Source: Felis catus
Taxonomy: Eukaryota
Assembly: GCF_018350175.1 (NCBI RefSeq)
Contig: NC_058368.1
Span: 43,030,001-43,094,000, forward strand
DNA: 64,000 nucleotides
Reading direction: 5' to 3'
Part shown: one piece after another, positions 55,486 through 64,000 of the stretch
How the letters are laid out: each line of letters begins with the position of its first letter
Numbering within the stretch: position 1 is the first letter of the stretch
Position numbers and translations under genes: made by a program
The notes under the pieces: model-generated
What the model saw: the letters and a program-made list of their open reading frames with translations, nothing else
Told to the model about the DNA's origin: nothing
Database searches by the model: none

Positions 55486-58299
55486 ACTATCTGCAATATG
55501 GGCATTATAATTATTATTATATATTATTATATATTTTAACTTCAACCTGTTACAGTCTTTGTTTTAAAGTCTAGTTTTTCCAATATAAGTATTGCTACTC
55601 TGTCTTCTTTTCATATCCATTTATGTGATAAATGTTTGTCTATCCCTTCGCTTTCAATCTGCAGGTGTTTTTAGGTCTAAAATGAGACTCTTGTAGGCAA
55701 CATTTAAATGGGTCTTGTTTTTTCTATCCATTCTGACATCCTATGTGTTTTGATTAGAGTGTTTAGTACATTTACATTCAAAATCATTATTGATAGGTAT
55801 GTATTTAGTGCCATTTTATTACTTGTTTTGTCATTGTGGCGATTTTCTCTGATCCTTTCCTGTCTTTGTCACTTTTGGTCTCTCCTTTGCAATCAAAGAG
55901 TCCCCTTTAATATTTCCTGAAGGGCTGGTTTAGTGGTCACAATCTCCTTTAGTTTTTGTTTGTCTGGGAAACTCTTGATCTCTCCTTCTATTTTGAATGA
56001 TAGCCTTGCTGGGTAGAATATTCTTGGCTGCAGATTTTTCCCATTCAGTACTTTGAATATATCATACCATTCCCTTCTATCTTGAGAAGTCTCCAGCCAG
56101 ACTTATGGTCTTCCTTTGTAAGTTATGGACTTCTTATGTCTTGCTGCCTTTGAGATTTTTTTTCTTTATCACTATGTTTTACAAATTTAAATTACAATAT
56201 GTCTTTGTGTTGGCCTGCTTTTGGTGAATTTTATGGGAGTTCCCTGCCTCCTGGATATGGATGTCTGTTTCTTTCCCCAGATTAGGAAAGTTTAGCTATT
56301 ATATCTTGAAATAAATTTTTGGCCCCTTTCTCTCTCTTGCTGGCATTCCTATAATATGAATGTTATTATGCTTGATGGAGTCACTGAAGTCCCTAAGTCT
56401 ATTCTCCTGTTGCACAATTCTTCTTTCTCTCTTTTTTTCAGCTTCATTATTTTCCATTATTTTGTCTTCTAGGTCATTAATTCATTCCTCTGCTTTTTTT
56501 CCAGGCTGATGTTCATTGCATCAAATCAGTTTCCAATCTCATTTACTGCATTTTCATCTATGATTCTTTTTTAATTCCTTTATCTCCATGGCAAGAGTCT
56601 CACTGATGTCTTCTATTTAATTTTTCTGAAGCCCAGTGAGTACCCTTATGATTGTTGCTTTAAATTTTCCATCAGGCATGTTACTTATATCTGTTTCACT
56701 CAGATCTCTGGCTAAAGCCTTATCTTGTTCTTTCATTTGGGATAATTCCTCAGTCTTGGCATTTTGTCTAAGTCTCTGCCTTCTTGCGTGTGTTAGAAAA
56801 GCCAGTTATTTTCCTCCTCCTGAAAGTAATGGCCTTATGAAGAAGAGGTCATGTAGTGCTCAGGGCCTGGTGCTTCAGTGAGTGGCCCCAGTGTGTGCTG
56901 CTTGCACTCTGCTATTGTATTTTGGCTGTTCTATCCTTCAGGCCATTCTTCTGGCTCTCTTTGCCCACTGTGAGCAGTATTTGGTCCCTGGCATGATTGT
57001 GTGGTGAATTTCAACTAGATGTGCTCTGGTCTACTTGTGAAATAAAATCTGACACCACTTCCATCAGAACTGAATCCCTGCAGAACTCTCTGGTTGGAAG
57101 ATGTGGTGTGGGCAGGGGTTTATGCTGATCTTCTGGAGGAGGGCCCTCTACTCTGGGAATGAGGTAAGCTTGACTGAGAAGGGAAGTCCTACCAGAGCAC
57201 AGGGGTGTGGGGCTTGGTGTAAGCAAGTTAGGCAGCCATTCTGCATTGTGCTCCTTCCTGCAGGTGGCTCTGTTGCTGAGGGACAGGGGAGGAAAATAGC
57301 ACTGGTCAGCAACTTTGTTCCTGGAGAGGTATCTCAATGAACACTCCCTCTCAAGGATATTCTCTAAGAAGAGTGAATAATCTCCTCTACTTTGTGCCCA
57401 AGGTATTCTTCAGATCACAGTTTCCATGGTGTCTGTCCCCTGGGTTATTTGCCTGCCTTTTCTCCAGGATCAGTGCAGTGTCTCCTGGGCTGTAGTTAAG
57501 TCAAGTCTTTAAAACTCAAGGCTTTAAGCCCCACTGATGGTAAGAACTCATGAAATTGAGCCCCTCTCATTTTCCAAGTCAATGGCTTTGGGGAAACATT
57601 CTCCTTGTGCATTTCCCTGTGTGCTCCTCTCTCTCTTGCTTTTCTTCACAACCACCGCTCCCTCCCCTCCACAGCATCTGCAATCCATTTCTCCCCTACA
57701 CTACATTTCTACACTTCCTACCTTCTTTGATGTGATCTCTCTCCTTTTAGTTGTGGAGTTTTTCCTATCAGTCTTCAGGTCAATTTTGGGGGTATTTAGG
57801 ATGATTTGATAGTTATATAATTGTGTTCATGGGGGGAGACCAGCTTAGAGTCTTCCTACACTACCTCCGTCTTCCTCTTTTTTCAGGAAGTTGCAGAACT
57901 TGGCCCTTATGAATGTCCGGGCCACCTTCAGGAGCTGTATCACAGATTGCCAACTCTTCCAACCCCCCTGAAGCTAGGCACCCCATTTAATTATTTTTCT
58001 TGGATTTAGAAAAAACAATTGGATTGTGGCAGATGATGACGAACTACCACAAAATTTACCAAATGGCAGTCTCAATCACAGTTGCTATATTAGAAGTAGT
58101 ATGTTTTCTGGAGCAGAACGACATAGCCTTAACAGTTGCTACATAACTACTTACCTGGAGAATTCATTCATCTCAAGCTTCAACAGTAATGAGAATCAAA
58201 AGAATAGATATATTGCTGCCACAATAAAATCTCACTCAGGAGTGTCTCTAAAGGACTGTAGAGGAAGAATATCCTCCTAGATGGGATGGCTGAAACATA

Positions 58300-59830
58300 T
58301 ACCCTTACTTGTTCTCTTTGTATGGAGAAAGATGTAGAGAAGCTTGAGGTTTTGATATACATGACTCCTGCATAGTGACAATTGGCTTGGTACATTTTCA
58401 GTGACAGAAGGAAGAAAATTAGAAAACGGAATGAGAGGAAGTCTGAGGAAGAGACATCTGGATGGTAAAAGACAGAAGATAAAGTGGGCTTATTTTTTTT
58501 TTTCTTTTTCTCTACAAGTCAATGACCTCTAGAAGAGGAAATCTGAATCTAAGGGGCCAGCATAACTCATTCTTTAGAAGTCAGCCAGCTTCATTTTCAG
58601 CCACCTCAGTGCTGGCATAATGGGCATATAAATGGGTTGGCTATGGTGGCAAAGGTTATGGCCAGGTATGGCCTTAATAACATGGATCCCCTCTTATCAA
58701 GGCTATTCTAAATACTGACACCACAGAATTTATTGCACATTGCCAGTAACTGAGACTGATGCCATGTACTTAGTAGGTACTATCTTTTGATGACTTAAGT
58801 CTGTCACTTAGTGGTAGATTACCTTGGAGACATATTTTTCACCCTCAAGTGTCAGTGATTTGTCCATAATATAGAACTGGTTTTATCTCCAGATGTAAGT
58901 TTACCTTTCCTGACCCTTATGTGTCTCCCAACCAAACACTTACAAATGTCTAATTAATTGGCATGGTCATTCATATAACATTGACTCAGACAAGAGATTT
59001 ATTTTACAAGGGCTATGTGACTATGAGTATATGATCATGATTTCCACTGGTTTTCAATGGATCCCATATATCTGAAGGGACTGGCCTAATAGAAGAGTGA
59101 AATAACTGTTAGAGACTCAGTTGAGACAATAGCTTTGATTATCAATCTATGGATATATGGTGTGTTGCCAATTCCTGATAAATAGTGACATTTAACATTT
59201 TAACAGCTACAATACAAGAATCTGGGAACTGGGATATGAACATCACATTGGTTCCTCTTAACAATAACTTAAAAAAATTAACTTGGAGAATTTGTGCTTT
59301 CTGCACCCCCTCCCCCTGCCCTGCCATTATTTTACAATCTATTGGATTAGAGGTCCTTGTTCCTACTGGCAAAATACTTCCTCAACAGAACATGGTAAGG
59401 GGTCCATAGAAATTGAAATTATGACTACTACTCAGCCACTTGGGACTCCTCCTTCCAGTCAACCATTAAACAAACAAACAAACAAACAAAAAGAGTTACT
59501 ATATTGAGGGGGATAATGGCCAATTATCATAAGGAGCCATAAGCTACATGGTGGAGGAAGATAAGAATACATCTGAAACTGGGGAATTTACTGGGATTTC
59601 TTTTGGTTCTTTCCTACCATGTAATAATTACAAATGAGCAATTGAAACAGTCACAGGACAATGGTAAAGCAAATATGGGCTAATAACTTTTGGGAAAAAA
59701 GGTCTGGGTCTATCCACACTGGTAAATAATCTTGACCAACCCAAATAAAGCCCAAAAGTGAGGGGAATTCAGTATGGGTGGTGGAAAAAAAAAGATGACA
59801 AATATTAATCATTACCTGGGGGACATCTGC
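58300..59830 (+). mobile_element. Ancient ERVL-class internal region (degenerate pol/integrase area)
   Basis: Resembles ERVL/MaLR internal sequence (CAGCCACCTCAGTGCTGGCATAATGGGC...CATGGATCCCCTCTTATCAAGGCT); no intact ORF. Confidence 0.6.
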
Positions 59831-59949
59831 TGTTGTTGAAGAAGACACTATTTGGTTTCTTTTTCTATTAATCAACTTGTATTATTTCTTTTAAGGGATT
59901 GGGTTACCACCTTGAATAGGCTTTGTGGCTAATTGGCCTTAATAGAGTT

Positions 59950-60670
59950 GAGTGGTATGAATAATTAACTTCATCGGTCACCTTTTGGCACAATGTAAAC
60001 CTAAGGGCTTTTACTGGCTCCTAGCACTGCTGAAGCAACTATTTTGAAGTAGCCTTTTGGGAAGCTTCACAGATAAAATGCACAGTGTCTCAGCCTGAGC
60101 TTTTTCTTGCCTATTACTTCCATCCCCTGAAATTCTCACCTCTTTTATCTACCTATGTGGAATGCCTGTGGGAATCCACTAAACGCCGACACATATAGAG
60201 TCTTGAACATTAGGGGCTTCAATGTGTAATACTGTCCTTAACCACCAGGGAATAAAGGCAAAAGATAAATATTTCCCCCTATGTCCTTAAGTGGGATTAT
60301 TGTAAAATGCATTTTATTTATTTTTTTTTTTTTAAATTTTTTTTTTCAACGTTTATTTATTTTTGGGACAGAGAGAGACAGAGCATGAACGGGGGAGGTG
60401 CAGAGAGAGAAGGAGACACAGAATCGGAAACAGGCTCCAGGCTCTGAGCCATCAGCCCAGAGCCCGATGCGGGGCTCGAACTCACGGACCGCGAGATCGT
60501 GACCTGGCTGAAGTCGGACGCTTAACCGACTGCGCCACCCAGGCGCCCCAGTAAAATGCATTTTAAAGATCTCAGGTAGATCAAGCCCCAATCATCCTTA
60601 GGAGGGGTCAGTCAAAAGATATTTTTTGATTAGTTGTCTGTCTGTCCCTCTTCCAGTCTCCCAAATGTTT
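59950..60670 (+). mobile_element. LTR16-like ERVL LTR (interrupted by a SINE)
   Basis: GATAAATATTTCCCCCT...GATCAAGCCCCAAT motifs resemble LTR16A; lies directly after the ERVL-like internal sequence. Confidence 0.5.
60317..60550 (-). mobile_element. Young feline SINE (SINEC_Fc)
   Basis: GGGGCGCCTGGGTGGCGCAGTCGGTTAAGCGTCCGAC head with about 15 intact CpGs. TSD GTAAAATGCATTTTA at 60302-60316 and 60551-60565. Confidence 0.97.
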
Positions 60671-62034
60671 ATTGAAGCCAAATTAATTACTAAAATGCTA
60701 TGCTCCTATACTTCAGTTTTCTTCTATCTTGCATACAAAAGAAATTTCACATATTGCCTGCCTTCTAAGTGTCTGTGACTTATACTTTGAGCTACTGTAC
60801 AAATTTTTATATCACTTATATAGCCTGTAAGAATCATACATAAGGGAATAATTGTTAACTGTCAGATCACAGTGTATTTCTAATCATATTCCATCAGTAA
60901 CACATGTTTTACATTGTTAAGACATCCTGTCTGAAAAACAAAACTCTGGAATGGAATGTAAAAAGCCCATTCTTTTAGATGGTTTGAATTATTCATGAAC
61001 ACAGCACCTTGTCAGCACTTAGAATGTAATCAAAATATAAATGATGCATGTGCATGTCGTGTCCAAATTCCATACTGGATATTCTAAGTTATACACAAGT
61101 ATCACTATTTTTTAAACAGCAAAGCAAACTTTCAACTATGTAATATAGTTTTGTTAAACCTAATTAATTAAAATGTTTTTATGTTTAAATTTACCTATCA
61201 CAGTCTTAAATATAAACTATTAACAATGACTCCATTAAAAACTCAAGTATGCTATCTAGTAGGACATAATGAACTACTTTAAACCTTTTCAGAAAAAAAT
61301 TGACATACTATTTCTGTATTTTTCTGTAGGCTCTCATGAGGTTTCTTGAAATTTCACTTTATATTAATAGATCACCCTAAATAATATGTTATTCATTTTA
61401 TTATGTCTAGGAAATTTAAACAGAAAAATTCACTACTTGGATTGTGATGCATGAGGACATAATTTAACATTAATTTATTCTGTAACTAGTAAGTAGTGTA
61501 TATTATAAAAGTATACTATGTTGTGCAACTAGTAAGTAGATTTTATGAATATATGAACCTAAACTCCACTACCTGAATCTGATATTAATTTTGGAACTAG
61601 ATAGGGATGTAAAATAGGAAATGATATGTGTACATATTCCAGTATATGTATATACACATATATACATACGCATATGAATGTATCTGTGTATAGACAGATA
61701 GTTAATGAGTTCAATATTATATGGGGTAGAGAATTATTTGACAAAATACTTGCCTTTAAGCAGCATAGGGACAAATAAGGAGAACTGATTATAATCTGGA
61801 AAAAAAAAAGAAAAAAGCAGTGATAAAGGAAGTGATAATTGGTGCTAACTGGAATGGAAATTCATGATTTATGTATTTAGATATTAATTCAATTACATTT
61901 ATTAGCATTTCTTATATGTGAGGTATATTGCATGCACAGAGTATATGAGGAATGATGAAGACAGATAATACTTCTGACCTTATAAAGAAGCTTCAAGAAT
62001 AAGATTGTTGGGATGGATCAGATTATAAAAAATT

Positions 62035-63204
62035 TACTCATAAGAGACACACCTTAAATGTAAATATCCAGAAATATCAAAATTGAAAAGATGGAAAAAG
62101 ATATTCTCTGCAAACAGTAACCAAAAGAAATCTGAGAGACCTATATTAATTATAGTAAAAGTAAACTCCACAGAAGCATTATTAGAATGCTTCATAATGA
62201 TAAAAAGGTATATCTCCAGGAAAATAAATAAATCAAATTTGCATGCAGTTAAATTCATGCTTTTAAAATATATCAGGCAAAAATTGCCATTTCTAAAAGT
62301 ATGAATAGATAATTCCACAACCATTGTGAGTTATTTTCAGTACTTCTCTGAGAACTTGACAGAGTAAGTAGACCTAAAATTATTATAGACAGAAGATTTG
62401 ACCAACATGATTTAAAAACTTAACCCTAATTAACACATATAGAATAATGTATCCAAAAGCTGGAGAACACATTATTTTCAAGTGCACCTAAAAGTTACCA
62501 AAATTGATCACATAATAAGTCACAGAATAACATTTCAACAAAGTACTAAGGACTTAAATTATATACAGTAATACCAGTGAAACTAAAAAAATAATTTCAA
62601 AATATACCTAGAAATATTTGAAAATTAAGCAATGTGTTTCCAATCTACCCATGTTATGATAGCTAATTTCATGTATCAACTTGACTGGATCATGAGACGT
62701 CAAGATATTTGATCTAACATTATTTCTGGGTGTGTTTGTATGGATGTTTCTGGATGAGATTAGAATCTTAATTGGCATATTGAGTACAATAGATTGTTCT
62801 CTTCAGTGTGGGTAGGTATCATCTCATGGAGGGCCTGCAGAGTTAAAATGTGGAGAAAGAGTAAATTTGCTCTCACTCTGATTATGTGAGCTAAGCCATT
62901 TATCTTCTCCTGCCTTTGGACACTGGGACTTACACGATTGGCACTGCAGTTCTCAGAACTATACCACAAGCTTTCCTGTGTCTCCAGCCTGCCTGCAGAC
63001 AGCATTTTATATACATAATCTAAAGCTACATTATATTATTTTGTTAATATATTAGATATTATCATCATGTATATGTAATATTACATATTATATTATATAT
63101 GTAAATATATTATTGGTTCTCTTTTCCAGATAACTCTAATACACAGGGAACAGATGCCATTGGAAATTATTTTAAGTTGGGTGATAATAAAAATACAACC
63201 TAGA
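62035..63204 (+). mobile_element. Old L1 ORF2 endonuclease-region fragment, split by an MLT2 LTR
   Basis: Peptide KRWKKIFSANSNQKK matches the L1 EN region. L1 resumes at about 63145-63204. Confidence 0.75.
62652..63143 (+). mobile_element. MLT2-type ERVL LTR
   Basis: TAATTTCATGTATCAACTTGACTGG...GATGTTTCTGGATGAGATT start and TATTGGTTCT...CTAATACA end. Confidence 0.85.
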
Positions 63205-63428
63205 GGGGAGCCTGGGTGGCTCAGTGCATTGAGCACCCCACTTTGTCTCAGTGAAGTCACGATCTCCGGGTTGGCGTGTTTGAGCCCTGAATCCGGCTTG
63301 CTTCTGTCAGTGCAGAGCCCACTTTGGATCCACTGTCCCCCTCTTTTTCTGCCCCTCCTCTTCTCTCTCTCTCTCTCTCTGTCTCTCTCTTTCCCTCTCT
63401 CTCTCAAAAATAAACATTTATAAAAAAA
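63205..63428 (+). mobile_element. CAN-SINE
   Basis: GGGGAGCCTGGGTGGCTCAG head, (CT)n and A-tail. Confidence 0.92.
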
Positions 63429-63489
63429 TAGTCATTTGTTCTGGGATTAACCACTTTTATTCTTTTTTCTCTCATTCCACAACTAATTG

Positions 63490-63975
63490 TCCAGTTATGC
63501 ACAGCTTGCCTCCATGAAGTCTCATCTGCTCCATTATTTCCAAGGCCACTACCAACAAATCATCTCAGGTCCTAATTTTCTCCAGCTTACTGAAAACTAC
63601 TGAAACGTAATTCCTGTTATGTTCATTCATCCTAGACATAGTTGCCAATATAATCTTCCTGATGTAGTATTTAGCTTCCTTATTTGCATATATAAGCAAA
63701 CTGAAATTCATCTTTAAGGACATACAATAAATGTCTCAAATCTGTATTGTGCAAGTGTCATGTGATATTTCCTTTATATAACTGGACTCATCCAACACCC
63801 ACTGTCACCATGCTTTCCTTTCTGACATCCCTTCTGGATTAATGCCTCCTTTTCTGTCTGTTAACCTCTTATCTGTACTTCAAGTTTTATTTCACTTGTT
63901 ACCTTCTCAAGAAACCCTGATGAGTTATTTCCAAACATCTCTGATCTTCCGATTCTTTGATTCCTTGAAGAAGTA
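63490..63975 (+). mobile_element. L2 remnant
   Basis: Pyrimidine-rich L2-like sequence (CACTTGTTACCTTCTCAAGAAACCCT). Confidence 0.5.
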
Positions 63976-64000
63976 AGTTCATTTTAAACTTCTCTGACAG

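Larger units (their letters stand above)
50962..57877 (-). mobile_element. Essentially full-length, inactivated carnivore LINE-1
   Basis: 5'UTR start at about 57877 (GAGGAAGACGGAGG...), decayed ORF1, ORF2 fragments ([66 protein letters not shown]), and 3'UTR with A-rich tail near 50965. Many stops and frameshifts. Confidence 0.96.

Noticed and set aside
60500..60550. tRNA-like sequence with Pol III boxes
   Set aside because: tRNA-derived head of a CAN-SINE, not a tRNA gene.

Overview
This is AT-rich mammalian genomic DNA, almost certainly from a cat or other felid, because it carries 15 feline-type CAN-SINEs and carnivore L1s. It looks like a gene desert or large intron. I found no intact protein-coding gene, RNA gene or CRISPR array. 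The one gene-derived feature is a near full-length processed RPS6 pseudogene (minus strand, 24395-25231) with a poly(A) tail, a 13-bp target-site duplication (TSD), a lost ATG and a nonsense codon at 208. The rest is layered mobile DNA: a decayed full-length carnivore L1 (50962-57877) interrupted by a 747-bp solo LTR with a 6-bp TSD, truncated L1s, MaLR/ERVL/ERV1 LTRs, Tigger and hAT fossils, and L2/MIR/CR1 remnants. I cannot support a new biological system here. The best leads are the class II-like solo LTR and its repeated enhancer-like motif, a possible ~100-bp L1 5' transduction, a chimeric L2-RPS6 ORF lacking the phospho-tail, a CTCF-like site, and two candidate splice signals. Repeat family names are recalled from consensus sequences, not from a database search, and the boundaries of old repeats are approximate.
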